NCBI RefSeq assembly: GCF_000315625.1
Contig: NW_005434648.1
Span: 658,974 to 722,973, forward strand
DNA from: Guillardia theta CCMP2712
Lineage: Eukaryota; Protista; Cryptophyta
DNA length: 64,000 nt
Direction of reading: 5' to 3'
A model generated the notes under the pieces. It was not told the origin of the DNA. It saw nothing but the letters and a program-made list of their open reading frames with translations, and made no database searches. Position 1 is the stretch's first letter, and each line of letters starts with the position of its first letter. Positions 48,301 to 61,127 of this stretch are shown one piece after another. Position numbers and translations under genes: made by a program.

Positions 48301-49641
48301 ACCTGGACCAGTCGGTTGAGGTGGTGGCGCGGGTGGTGCAGGAGCTTGTTGGGGTGGAATTGGTTGTTGAGCGACCTTTGGCGTAGTTGAAACTTGGAAA
48401 GAAATTTGAGGCTGCTGAGGTTTAGGCGCAGTGCCCGATGATCTCACGAGATTAATCTGTGCAAGCCCACCCTTGGCCTTTTGTAACCGCAAGACCATGA
48501 CAGAGCCTTCCGGTCCACGGAGCATTTCCGCTATTTCGACAGGGTGTACAGTGCGCCCATTTGGTCCGATTCCGTAAAAAACTTTAACACCATCAATTTC
48601 GTATATGATGTCACCTATTTCGACATGCCCACTGACATCAGCAGGCCCCCCAGGCTTAATGTGTGTAATCTGGAAGCATCCATCGTCGGTGGAGTCAAAT
48701 TGAATGCCAATATCAGCTGCACCAGAAACATTTGAAGTCAATGGTTGCTGCGCTCGTTGCTTCTGTTTGTTCGCAGCTTGGTTTGGATCCTCTGGATTCA
48801 AGGTACGCTCGAGTAAGACCGCTCGAGCATTGTTTGGATCTCCATTTTTGAAAACTTTGACTTCCACAAAAGTGCCAACAGGTCCCTGGATGTGCTGAAC
48901 AAATACCTAATGTACGCATAAGATTTCATCATGCGGTTAGTTACTTCTTACCTGGAAAGGCTTTTTGTATACATCGTGATTATCGACTTCAAACACTACG
49001 TCTCCAGGCTGAATTTGTCCAGATTTTTCAGCAGAGCCTCCTCTAGCTAAGCGAACGATTTCAAGCTCATTCTTTTCATTTGGTTTCAGAAAAAGGCCAA
49101 CACCACCTATAAAGTTTGTAAGTGGAAAGCGAGAAGACAAGGTTCACAGGCGAATGAATCACAAACCGATAGGTGTTTGTTGAGCTTGCACTTGATAATT
49201 CTCCAGGGGAGGAACTGGAGGAGCTGCAGGAGCTGTGGGGGGAAGAGGTGGTTGAGGCCCTTGTTCATATTGCTGCTGCTGAGGCATGTAGTTCTGCAAA
49301 GACGTTTCTGGCATCCACACCGCTGGTTGTGCTATTCAACAGACGTCACAATTTGAAAACAATACAACAAAAGCGAAAACAGTACCAGGGGCATTTGCCT
49401 CGTTTTCAGATTCATCTGGGATTGCAAAATACTCATGGCCTTGTCTCTTTCCTGAGTAGTGGAGAGCCTCGAAGCACTGAGAAAATGCAACTCAGGGATT
49501 CCTCAATGATCATGCAAAACAAGAGTCTAACTGAAGAAGAATGAGTCATACCTCCACACAAAAGCTTTCTTTGCATTGCTGGCAGAAGAGAGAAGCTGGT
49601 GTGTCATCGCATAAATCGCAGATCTTCCTTCTGCTTGCCAT
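45352..49641 (-). CDS. B-box zinc finger, six PDZ domains, Pro-rich linker and an acyl-CoA synthetase (bubblegum-type) C-terminal-like domain
   Basis: MASRRKICDLCDDTPASLFCQQCKESFCVE-CFEALHYSGKRQGH; six G(I/L)xF..GxA..GD-type repeats; tail AVAHVMVVGSGKEFLSCMLVLKT..VRRFSILVKHFSKKSGEINADGSLNR..IIDGMY. Confidence 0.8.
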
Positions 49642-50423
49642 GGCTGTTACCGCTGCCGCCGCTCCTCTTCAGAGGATGCTGCCGAACATCACCCCCACCC
49701 CCCGGGCAGTTCCACGGGTACCACCCCTAGAGAACTTCGGAAAAGGACTACCCCACTGACATTTCTCCCGCTAGTCCTAGAGGTGCACCGCTACCACAGG
49801 CGGTTCATGTCGACAGGACCCTACCCCCATTTGGTCTAGCTACCACCCCCTAATAACTTCAATTTCTCGGACCCTCCGGTGTGACACCGATTTGCAGAGA
49901 CAGGGGCCTGCCGCAGTGCCGTTCTGCATACCACCCCACCCCCACCCCACCCGCTCCGCTACCCCTGTCAGCCCCTTACCGGTGTTTCCGACCCGGTGGC
50001 CGATCGTACATTTGGAGCCATCCTACTGCACCCACCCCCTTAGCCTACCATTGGATTCCGTCCTTTCCTGGGAAAATCCGGGGTAGTATTTCAGGGGGTC
50101 AGTTCTTTTTGGCGATGAAAGCCAGACAGGAGGGGTGGTTTGAGTGCACAAATTTGAATTCTTGGTCGAAGGAAGGGGGGTCCCCCAACGCAACAATAGG
50201 GGGTGGTAGATGCTAATGCTGTAGTAGGGCCTGGGGTGGGTAGTAGTCGGCCCGGAGGCCTGAAGTTGGGCTTCAAGGTAACGGTCAACCGGGCACCGAG
50301 AACTTTGAAACTTTCGAAAGAGAATATTCAAAGTTTGAAGTTCTTGTTGAACTGGTCACGCCCGACAGGTTCTGGACCCGGAGGCCTGCTTGACACTCGA
50401 CTAGCGCCCAGGAAGCGGCCCCC

Positions 50424-51017
50424 ATGGTGAGCGGAGCTTTCGCTGTCAACTGTGCACCCTTGCCAAGAACGCTGCATGCTGGGATAAGAACAAGAGGATT
50501 ATCCTCACCCTCTCATGCTTTAATCACGCGGCTACCATATCAAACGAAACAAGCAGAGCAAACAATCTCTTACTTCTCGCCCTTGAGCCCGAGCATGCCA
50601 ACAGGTGATGCACGAATCAGGTTGCATGCAGCAAGCACAGCCATTCCTGCTGTGACTCTGAAAGGATTCATCCTCTTGAGCTCATGCATTGCATGCGGCG
50701 TCTCTGGTGCTACAAGCATGAAGCTTTCTAATGGTTTCAAGAATTTTTGGCCCAGTGTGATGATTTTTGTGTCTTATGCTTTGGCCTTCGTACTCTTTAC
50801 AAAGGCGCTCTTGCTTTGGCCGCTATCTATCGCATACGCTGTATGGTCAGGGCTAGGAACGGCTGCGACGGCAGTGATAGGCGTCGCGTTTTTCAAGGAA
50901 AGCCTGAAACCAGTTCATCTCTTAGGCCTGGCGCTTATCATTGTTGGGGTATCCCATGTATGGTTTCCTTGAAAGGCTCTGACTGGTTTTTATCAGGTTT
51001 CAGTGATGAATCTTTGA
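50424..51017 (+). CDS. Small multidrug resistance (SMR, EmrE/QacE-like) transporter with an N-terminal extension
   Basis: TSMKLSNGF..WPS..SYALAF..PLSIAYAVWSGLG..IGVAFFKESL..GLALIIVG; intron 50949-50996, then VSVMNL*. Confidence 0.88.
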
Positions 51018-51303
51018 AGCAGACTGCAACATGCACCTTGAAGACAATGAACCTGTGCGCAACACCAGGAGATGTCTACAATTTCCCCTCATGCTTTTTC
51101 CACTGGATTGCAGCATTTTGCACCACAATCCCGCAACGCTACATCTCAACTGTTTCACTAACAAACCTTGTTTTGGATATTAATCAGAAATGCTGTTAGA
51201 ACCGAATACACGATGAAGTCACCAAGAACTCTCTATTTGGAATCAAAAAATAAGTTCTACACGAACAACAGCACGATAATAAAAATTCTCAACTTTTACT
51301 GCA

Positions 51304-52793
51304 CTAGCTCTCTCCTTCGCCCTCGTCAACAACTGCTTCCTTTCCTGCCAGTTGGATCCCTAATCGAGAATGCACCAATTTCTTGTCATCTGCATGAAGC
51401 CATCACAGATGTTAAAGCTCGAGAGCAAACCTAGCGATGATGTTGTTGATGATGACGATGCAGTTTTGGAAAGGGTTACGTCAAGCTGCTCGTCACTCAA
51501 CGGGTGTCTGCCCACAAGTCACATGGAAAAATACAAAAATGACCTCTTGCCCAGCTGGAAGACCGCATGCTGCTGTGAACTTCTTTCGAGAAGCCATGTC
51601 AAGCTCCTGACCATGTCAAGCATTCATGATGCGTCATCACAGCTACCCTCCGACTCACAGGAACTTGATGAAGAAATGGACAGATGCTGTGACAGGCCGC
51701 GTGCGGCTGTCGATTGGAGCAAACTTTGCACTATGTGAAGTCAACAACATTGACATTGACTCCTTGCATCAATGATTTACCGTGCAGATATTCAGTCGAA
51801 AAGGATTTGGGAGCCTCTGTACCTTCTTTGGCAGCGGCATGAAGGATGAAATTGTGGAATCCAGCGGCTGACCATTTCAAGTTTAACAGAAGTCCAAAGT
51901 AGCTACCAATACTGACCTGGCCATACTGACAGTATCCACGACGAACGATCAGGGACATTCCATCTTTTCCCTGCCATACAATGAGGAACGATGAGGCAAC
52001 AAATCCTTGGACCTTAATGGCTTCAAGATATCTGGGACCGCAGACCCTGCTAAGATAAGTTCCAGGAGTGCTCCGTTCTATCACACACCAACGAATGTCT
52101 CGACAACCATAGATATCTGATTGCGTCTCAAAAATGTAATTGTGGTGATAAAAACACATCCCAGCATCTTGACAAAAGATCTTATGACACGCTGCACTGC
52201 AAGTCGCTGTACAACACATGCTACAAAATGCACTTTGAGTTGAATTCCGAAAGGGGGTACCACATGGACACTTGAGCTTGGAGAGACTTACAATCATCTC
52301 TTCTCCCGCATTCAGTTTGTACACGACATCGTCCGAGGACGTCAGTGTGCTCCATTCTCTTGATTTCTGAAATTGCGGAAGGCCTCCCACGAGACGATGG
52401 CCGCGATCTGTGGCGCTTTCTGCACAGTAATAGCACATCCGTTGCTTCAGGTCAGGTGAGAACCACACAGCACGGAGATGCTCGTGGAGGTAATGGCTGC
52501 ATGCGATGTTGTCCTCGAAGTATTCGCTCTTCAAGGAAGGGGCACGATCTACGTGTTTCTTCTCATCACTGTCAACACTCTCTCCTGCAAATATCAAAGG
52601 TTGCCCGATCTTGTCGTGAGAGCTGTATTCACGTAAATCATTGACGATCTCATCAAGAGCAACTTCATCTGATGCAATTAAAGCATGACCTTTATTGCTC
52701 GCGCAGAAATGCACACTCACCTTCCTGACTTCTCGCTCTCAGTTTCCGTGTCTTTGTTCGTCCAGTCGGCGGACGAGGAGGAGGCCCCTGCAT
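51304..52793 (-). CDS. Uncharacterised Cys/His-rich protein
   Basis: ATG 52793 (MQGPPPRPPTGR), a long exon with CYYC, CPCG, CSMCCTATCSAACH, CFYHH and further short introns; ends approximate. Confidence 0.55.
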
Positions 52794-53161
52794 GGCGGTG
52801 CTCCGATCAAACTGCCATACCAACTTCGGAACCACCTCTTTCACTCAATCAACCCCCAGTCACCCGGTTGAAACCTCAATTTCACACTGACAGTCGGCGC
52901 CGGGCGGCGCCGGGGCCCGGGGCGGCGCGCCGCCGTGCCCACTGGGCCTGAGTCGGAGCCTCGGAGTGACACTGTGCCGGTTACCGGCCGTCTGGCACTG
53001 CGGCGGCAGCCTTGCCCCCAATCGGGTGACTCCGACTCACAGACTGAGAGTCAGCGGCCAGCGGTGCGACTGCGGCCTGGCACTGTGCTCTTGTTGACTG
53101 ACTCCCGAGTCCGGCGCCGCGATCGAACGGTGCCGCGCCTATACTGATGTCGGTGCCAAAC

Positions 53162-54197
53162 TTATTCTCTTATAGACTTACTACCTAGACGAATTTTCAA
53201 TTTGGTGGACAACATGTCTTGCAATCCTTCCATCACGCTTCTTCTTCTATCAATCTCCTGCAGCTGAAGCTACGAAAGAGTCAGCAAAGACCGTGACACT
53301 GATTCAGTTGCAGCTCACCTGCAATCGTTCGATCTCTGAGTTTGAGGTGGAAAGTTCAGAAGAACGTGATCGGCTTGAAAGTACTTGAACATCCGGTGGA
53401 TTCTGTTGCACCTGATTGAACGCCTCGGGATCACTTGGCATCGTGGTACTCGAGTCTGGCAGCCTGAGAGGAATGTTGTTTCTTCCACGATCGCTGTCAG
53501 GTTCACCAAGTCCTCTCAGTGATCTAGTCGAGTCCTGTAGTATAGATGATAATGATGCGATGTCGTCCTTCTTGGGCAGTGACCAGAGCTCAGCGGTCTC
53601 TCGCCACACCGGTCTGCTCGCACTGGGAACAGTGTTTGGCCTCGTTCTGTTCAGAAGCGGAACTCTCTCGTCTTCTCTTTTCAGCGATTGAGTTGCACTT
53701 TGTTGAGAGAGGAGAAGCAACTTCCATTTGTCACCCGCTGCGATGTCTAATGAAGAAATCAAACTTTGACTTACAAGTGAGAGATCTGCGACGGTGTTGA
53801 TCCTGCGCCCATGCAGAGCCGCCAGCGTGTTGTACTCCACACCATAGCGCAGAAGAAGTACCGCAAGCGCCCGATCCATGTCCTTCATATCCCATATTGT
53901 TGCACTTCCAGGATGGGGCAATGGCTCATGAAAGCTCTGAGAATCGTTCCAGCTCTTCTTTGATAGTTTGAACAGATGCCGGGACATCATGACCTCCATC
54001 ACTTGCTTGCATTTCATGGGCATCAAGATCTGGTTGGCTCTCATCAAAGACTTCGAATACAATTCCTGCTTTGCTCTATGCATTATAACCTTAGAGTCTC
54101 GTTGTAAAGGCAAGCCATCAGCTGACCATGAAAAGGTTCTTGCTTGTCCATCCTGAGACTGAGAATGTGAGAACTCTGCCGCCAACTGTGATTTCAT
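53162..54197 (-). CDS. Hypothetical protein with a SAM (sterile alpha motif)-like segment and a C-terminal coiled coil
   Basis: LAVLLLRYGVEYNTLAALHGRRINTVADLSLVSQSLISSLDIAAGDKWKLL fits the SAM helix pattern; GTGAG intron near 53320, last exon LQLQEIDRRR. Confidence 0.55.
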
Positions 54198-54823
54198 GCT
54201 GCCACACTTGCAGACCTCTTCTCATTCAAGTCTCTTCCTCAGCTGGTCTTCAACCTGAGTCCTCTTGCTGGGAGAAGCATCTTTGTTCTGTCAGGCTTTG
54301 AAGAGGTCATATAAGAATTTCATATCTTTGAGTGTTACAATTTTCAATTGTCACAGGCTGAATTTGAGAACAGGCTGAAAATTGTACCAAAATCTTCAAC
54401 GGTCAGTCATTTGACAAGTCACACCACTGCCAAGTGACGGCGCGGCCGGGCCCGGCGGCGAACTTCATCATACACCGTGGCACGGTGACAGGCGGAGTCG
54501 GACGGTCACAGTGGAACTAACTTCTCACTGAGTTCTAGAAAGGTTGAGGGCATCTCTACGAATCAAAGCTACTAGTTGATTTGAAATGGTCATCATATCT
54601 CTGACTTGCTCAGATGATCGGATCATTGGTGGCACAGTCATAGGCTTCATTGAAGGAAGATAATCCTTTTAATCTAAAACATACTGAAGCACACGGGAAA
54701 AGATAGCGCAACTAGTTTTCGAGTCGAACTTGCAGAAGGACTCTTCAGGCTTTATCAGTACCTGTCTGACATACAGTGTCAGTTGTTAAATTAAATGACT
54801 TAGTATGAAAAAATCAATTACAC

Positions 54824-55693
54824 CTATTTTCCAGCCTTGTCTGGTTTCATCCACTTTGCAAGCATTTTCGCTTCCTCTCCCTACGGTATGCAAATCATCG
54901 AATCATATGCAAACTTTGAGCCGAGTCTCACAGTCTCAGCGTAGATTTCCTTGATCTCATCCAAGTTGGCCTTGACCTGTTTTACATACAGAGCTCAGGG
55001 GGCACTCATCTTTGAGCAGCAAGGTACCTTGTCTTCCTCGGCCTTGGGATCAAATTCAGAAATCTGGGACTTAACAGTTTCGTTTGAGCTTTAGAATAAT
55101 TTCCAGTCAGGCGAAATTCGTTTCAACAACAGTGCTTGTTCAACCTCTTGGCAAAAGTAGCAAAAGCAGTAGCAATGGCCCGGCTGAGGTCCTTCTCTTG
55201 TCCTTCTCCTAGCCTACATGATACATTCACTGACTCGCAATTTGCACTCAAGTGAAAGCGCACAATCCAAGCTTGGTTGTCTTGGCGTGTGCTTGAGCGA
55301 GCTCCTTCACGACCTCTTGTCAACACAGGTCCTAAACTTCAACACAACACTCACGATCCTTCCCGACAGGATGTTGCGGATATCATCTTCCTGCGTGCTA
55401 TCGCCCGCATTGGCATTGGAAACGAACGCTACTGCACATGCTCCCAACACAATCTTCAGGGATATCAGTTAAAAGAGTATCTTCACAAGACCAAGAAAGT
55501 ACCATGGAGACAGCAGCTGCAATCTGCGAGTTTGAAAGAATTCAGATGACATATCCACATTTGTCAATTCAGAATGTACAAGGAGAGACTTGCAAAGTCA
55601 ATAGGGGGAACAGGTTGGCAGAGGGAGAGAAGTTGAGACAATGGTATATCATAGAAGCAAACTAGTAGGACCTGGAGGCGTCGCTGGCGCCAT
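54824..55693 (-). CDS. Small multi-exon hypothetical protein with an N-terminal hydrophobic segment
   Basis: Hand-spliced: ..IVLGACAVAFVSNANA..VVKELAQAH..DLSRAIATAFATFAK..VKANLDEIKEIYAE..WMKPDKAGK*. Confidence 0.5.
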
Positions 55694-55844
55694 GGCGTGG
55701 GAGTTGGGTTCACCTTTTCCTCCACCATCAATCGCTCACCATCGCTTCCAGCCAGCATGTTCTATTTCCGCTGCTTCTTTTTCGGGTGGCCTTCCGACTA
55801 CCCTCAGTTTGACTCATACCACCCACCCATTGCAGCTGACCACC

Positions 55845-56290
55845 CTCAGCGACTCAGACAACAGTGCCAGGCTGACTCCGGGGTAGGGTCTCCGACTGAG
55901 AAGGGTTCACTCACAAGGGATCCGATTATCATCCGATGATCAGGGGCCGACGAGTCGCCCGGCGGGTCGGGTCCGATCGCCGGGTGGCCCCGCGGGCCGG
56001 GCCCGGCGGCGCGGCCAGTCACTGAGTGCCGGGGTACCGTAGGGTGGCACGAGACTCGCTCACCGGCGTCACGGCGCGGTCACTGCCCGGCGGGGTGCCG
56101 CCGACTGATCCGATGATCCGATCCCGGTGACCCGGCGTGCTCTCCTTCTCAGCCTGGCCGACTCGTCAGGCTGCCCGCCACACAGGGGGGCCTGAACGAG
56201 TCACTCATCGGATCAGTCCGAGTCCGAACCCTCGCCGGAAGACTCGGAGACGCGGCGGGCCCTCAGTCAAAGTTCCTGCCCGGCCTCTTT
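55845..56290. promoter_or_regulatory. GC-rich upstream island between divergent genes (hypothetical and RagA)
   Basis: Same motif class as 14940-15290 (GATCCGATGATC, CCGGGCCCGG, CACTGAGT). Confidence 0.4.
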
Positions 56291-56428
56291 TCTTCAAGGC
56301 CCTTGTTTTGAGTCAACCGGCCGGGTTTTCATTTTTTTATATATACTTGTTTCTGGTGCGGACTCGCTGCTCATATGTTCATGAGCTTTCCCATTTGAGT
56401 AAACCTGTGGATAGGACAAAGGACAGGC

Positions 56429-58099
56429 ATGCAGAACCAGTGGAAGAAGGTGAGGTGGTCGATGAGAGATGAGAGAAGGAGGATCCTGTGAGGTCGACAC
56501 CTGAGTTGGCAATTCCCAACACATTCTGATATCTTGACATTCTGTGCTGCTAGAACGCGTTCAGTGCCTATCTAAGATATGGAACAGGTGCTCTTGATGG
56601 GCAAGAGCAATGCGGGGAAAACCTCGATGAGGTCGATTATCTTTGCGAACTACATTGGTAGAATTGTGATAATTCTTGCTGGTTCCACGTGTGGTGACAT
56701 GATGTGTTTCTAATCATCAGCTAGAGAGACTACAAGATTGGGATACACTCAGGTTCAAGAGAACCCACGACAGGGTACCTAGGTGACTCTGTGTGCAGGA
56801 TGTCGAACATTCGCATGTCCGTTTCCTTGGGAATTTAGTTCTCAATTTATGGGATTGTGGTGGGCAAGAAGCATATATGGAATCATACTTTGAGTCACAG
56901 GTATTGTTTAATTTCTTTGGCGCATGGGCTGAAAGTTTGCTTCATAGCGCGATCATATTTTCCGAAATGTTGCAGTCTTGATTTATGTATTTGATATCGA
57001 AAGTCAGCAGATGGCCAAAGATATGCAGGTATGCAAGGATGTTAGTTCTGTTATATTGATTTGTCTTCATTTTTAAAGTACTTCACGCTCTGCATCGATG
57101 CACTCAAAACAAACTCCGAGAATCCGAAAGTGTTCTGTCTGGTTTGTTAATTTCCTGCGTTTTGCGCCGTTGAATTCTCTGTGAAGGTCCACAAGATGGA
57201 TCTTGTACCTGAGGAGACCCGCGACCAGGTGTTCGAGAAGCAGGTTTCGAGCTCTTACGGAGTTGTGGAGTGAAACTGATGTTGCTGCAGGAGGCCCTCA
57301 TCCGAGGGGTGGTGGGTTCTCTGGATACCACATGCTTTCAGGTTCTCCTGCTCTGATTCATTTAGCAACTCACTCAGCGCGAAAGACCTCCATATGGGAC
57401 GAAACTCTTTATCGGGCCTGGTCGCAGATTGTCTACAGGTTGATGAAGATTCGCAAGCTAAAGAGCTTAATCTGCCCTGCAGCTTGATTCCGAACGTTGC
57501 TGCACTGGAAAATCATCTTGCTTCCTTCTGTCAGGTATCGAGACCTTGCAATGCTGACAACTTAACCTACCGTTTCCTCTCAAAGGGATGTGGAGCAGAT
57601 GAAGTAGTTCTCTTCGAGCGAGCAACGTTCTTGGTAATCTCTCATTCCACTCAAAAGGCGTTTCGAGACGTCCACAGGTGTCAACATAGCGCCATGTCTT
57701 TTATCCTCTTTGATTCTGTTTGAAAAGATTTGAGAAGATTTCGAACATCATTAAGCAGTTCAAATTATCTTGCTCGAAATCGCAAGCACAATTTAACAGG
57801 ATGCAGGTGTGTCACACAATGTCGTGTTGCGCTGCAGAGGGTCTAATGCAGAATTCAGATCAAAAACAGCAAATTTACTGCCATCATCGATGCGTTCACC
57901 CCGACCACCTGCATCATGGTTGGTTTTGATGCAGTCAACAAGCCTTTCTTAATGAAATTTGCTTGATCAGGTAATCTGTTCGGATCCAGCAGCTCTACCG
58001 GCGATGACGCTTGTGAACATCAACAATGCAAGATCTTACTTTGAGAAGCATATTAGTATGGATATAGGAGGGGAGGCGAGCAGCGGCAAAGCCGTCTGA
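56429..58099 (+). CDS. RRAGA: Rag A/B (Gtr1) GTPase
   Basis: [95 protein letters not shown]. Confidence 0.97.
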
Positions 58100-58808
58100 G
58101 CAAGTTGCCACTTGAATGAATGTAATTTGACGGTAATCGGCCGGGCCCGGCCCGCGGCGGCCGCAGCCTCAGACTCCCACTGAGCCTTCGGCAGATGGCT
58201 GGCAGGCTGAGCACGTGACTCACGGCGGGCAGCACGGCTGTTGCAGCACTGCACTGCACTGTGACTGGCACTGCAGTTCGGAGTTCATTCCGCCGCTGAG
58301 TCAAGGGCAGGCGGACTCTGAGGCGGGTTCCGGGGTAGGAATGAGCGGGGATGAGGGCCACCAGCTGGCAGAGGCTTTGAGACGTTGGCGGGATATGGAG
58401 GGGAAGGGGAAACGACAAGAGTCAAGAACAAGGAAGGCAAGAGAAGACAGAAGAAGAGATGAGAGAAGAGAAGAAGAGAGAAGAAGTCCTGAGGGCAGCG
58501 AACAAGAGAAGAGATGGGAAGAGAGCAGGAGGAAGGAGTCAGGATCACAAGCACGAGTAAGATGACCAAGGGAAATATGCTGAGAAGATTAGATGGTTCG
58601 AGAGCTTGAAGTGAGACTCTAGAGGATCCTCTACTCGGCTATATGAGTAAACCATCTGGTGAAGAAAAGAGACATGTCCTGGGTATTAGTAAGGCACATA
58701 GAAGACGGGAGGGAAGCTTATTTCTAATGAGATATTAGCTGTGATGAACAAATGGGGAAAGAGCATTTCAGAGTATAAAAACTAAGACTGACTCAATTTG
58801 CTCACAAG

Positions 58809-61020
58809 ATGTCTTCCGAGGATGCAGCTCTGTCCGCCATCTACAAGGCCGCAGATGCCCTTCTAGATGTCAATTCAAAGTTGACGAGCGAAGGAGTAGA
58901 CGAATTCTCAGCTGTACTCAATCTTTTTCTTGTTACAGTTTTCTTTGTGACATAATGGCAGAACGCTTCTCACTTTCAGTGCATGATGGACAATGCGAAA
59001 GTTGGTCCCAAGTGCAAGCAACTCGCTTTGAATGTGTTGCCGAAGTACGTCAGCAAGTTTCCTGAGATGGCAGATTCTGCCCTGGATATCCTCATCGACT
59101 TGTTCGAGGAGAGCGACAAGGTAATAGTATGCTTTCACAATTTTTTTTCGTGACGTTTTTGTTAGTATCACCTCAAAGCCATTCAAGGATTCCGTGTCAT
59201 TGCCAGCTCAGCTTCCTCTCCCGTGATCTCCAAGCTGGTGGGAGTTCTTGGACAAATCATTTTGTCAGAGGATGAGAAGGAAGTTGAAGCAGTCAACGAT
59301 GCGTTGGTTCAAGCTTTAGAGAGGGATGTGAAAGCTACTCTTTCAGCGCTGTTTGAACAGATGAGCTCAGATGAACAGCTTCGGAGCAAAACGACATCGT
59401 TCATTCAGAGAGAACTCATACCACGGGCAAACTCCCTTCTGAACTCATCTGATGAAGTACAATCTTTTGTTTCGGAAAACTTGAAAAGAATCATGGGCTC
59501 TGGCATCAATTCAAAGGAATTCAATCTGTTCATGAAAGTTTTGTTCTGCATGAACAAGTACAAGAATGGAGAGGAGGGAGCTAACGAGCTTTTGGACTTT
59601 GTTCACACGTCTATCGATCTTAATTCGGACTTTTCTCCGAATTCAGATCAAGCGGACAAATTCATTCTATGTGCAGGCAGCGCAAAGCTGATCTTCCAGC
59701 ACGGTGCTTCACCATACAAGCTTTTCAGCTATATTTCCAAGAAAGTTCTGCCTAAATTTGAAGAAATGAGCGAGACTCATCAAATAAGCTTGCTGAAAAC
59801 CGTTGCTGAAATTTCTCCATTTGCGCTAGGATCGTCAGCGAGAGAGTGAGCCTTCTTTGCAGTGACTCAGTCGAACACTGAGGTGTGACAAAATTGTCAG
59901 ATGCCTCCCGCATCTCTACCCACTGTTCTTTTCACATGTTCCGAAGAAGACTGAAGCAGAGGAAAAGATAAACTTTCTCGCTGGGGAGTGCTTGCTTTAT
60001 GCATTTCACCAGGTCCATTCACGATATCTTCCAAGTGCTCCTGTGCTAACTTGCATGATGTCCAGCTTGGATCGAAAGTTCCTGGGTTCCTTCATGCACT
60101 TTGTGGAATCAAGATCAACACAGGACAACCAGAAAACAGGTCTGTAGTACCTCACGTGGTAGTGCATTGATGACTCGAGACCTCTACAGATTAGATGAAG
60201 ATTTCAGCGCAAAGCTCAATCAATTGCACACTTCCTTATCCTTGATGCTTTCAGAAAGCAAAAAGTTTGCAGCAAAGCTTCGAGAGGTAGTTTCCTCCAT
60301 GATGAATTTTCAGACTGAATGGTAGCCTGAAGGTTCAAAAGAAATTGAATGAGGAAAATCCGACAACGGATAATGCCAAGAAAGAACTACAGACCAAAAA
60401 AGAATCCTGCTTGATGTCTTTGAAGTCCTGCACGGTATCTCAACCTGTGCTTTGCATATCATTTCTTATTGTTGGAACAGAACATCATCGCCATGGCAAA
60501 CAGTTTGAAGGAGCTCAACTTGAAGGATCCCAAATTCTTGGCAGAGAAAGCTGCAGTCAACCTGTAAGAAATTCAAGATAGAACTTTGCTCTTTTGACGT
60601 GTTGCAGATCGTTTAAAGCGAACAAACAAGGACAGGCTGTTGGCAATAAACGTCGCCAAGACTCCAGCAACAGAGGAGGAGGCAATGCTGACCGCCCTGT
60701 GAAGCGGCAGGTAGGGCATAGAGCTGCTGTTAAGAGTTGGCCTCACTCTTGTGCAGGCACAAGCGACCAATGGCGGAGGGCGACCAATGCGCGGAAGCGG
60801 CTCTGGTGCTGGGTTCTCAGGACGCGGGCGAGGAGGTGATGTTGTTGTGTTTCTGTGCCAGTCCGTTTCCTCACGCTCTCCTCCCTTGCCAACAATAGGA
60901 CAATTCGGAGGGCAAGCAGGCGGCCGAGGAGGACGAGGCGGCGGAGGCGGGCGAGGTGGACGAGGACAGGGAATGATGTACGGTCGAGGAGGCAGAGGCG
61001 GACGTGGGGCGCGAAGATGA
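58809..61020 (+). CDS. API5: Apoptosis inhibitor 5 homolog with an RGG-rich tail
   Basis: KCKQLALNVLPKYVSKFPEMADSALDILIDLFEESD, KLVGVLGQIILSEDEKEVEAVNDAL..DVKATLSALF, ECLLYAFH, LCGIKINTGQP; C-terminal RGG repeats. Confidence 0.88.
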
Positions 61021-61127
61021 TGCGATACCGAGGGAGGAAGTGAATTTCTTTCAACACCATGACAATGCCGCACTCCTCGTGATTCTCATTGAGTTAACAA
61101 GATTTTGCTTTAAAGATTTCAACCCCA

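Noticed and set aside
54824-55693. VAMP/synaptobrevin call from VKANLDEIKEI
   Set aside because: No R-SNARE zero-layer motif, longin domain or C-terminal transmembrane helix.
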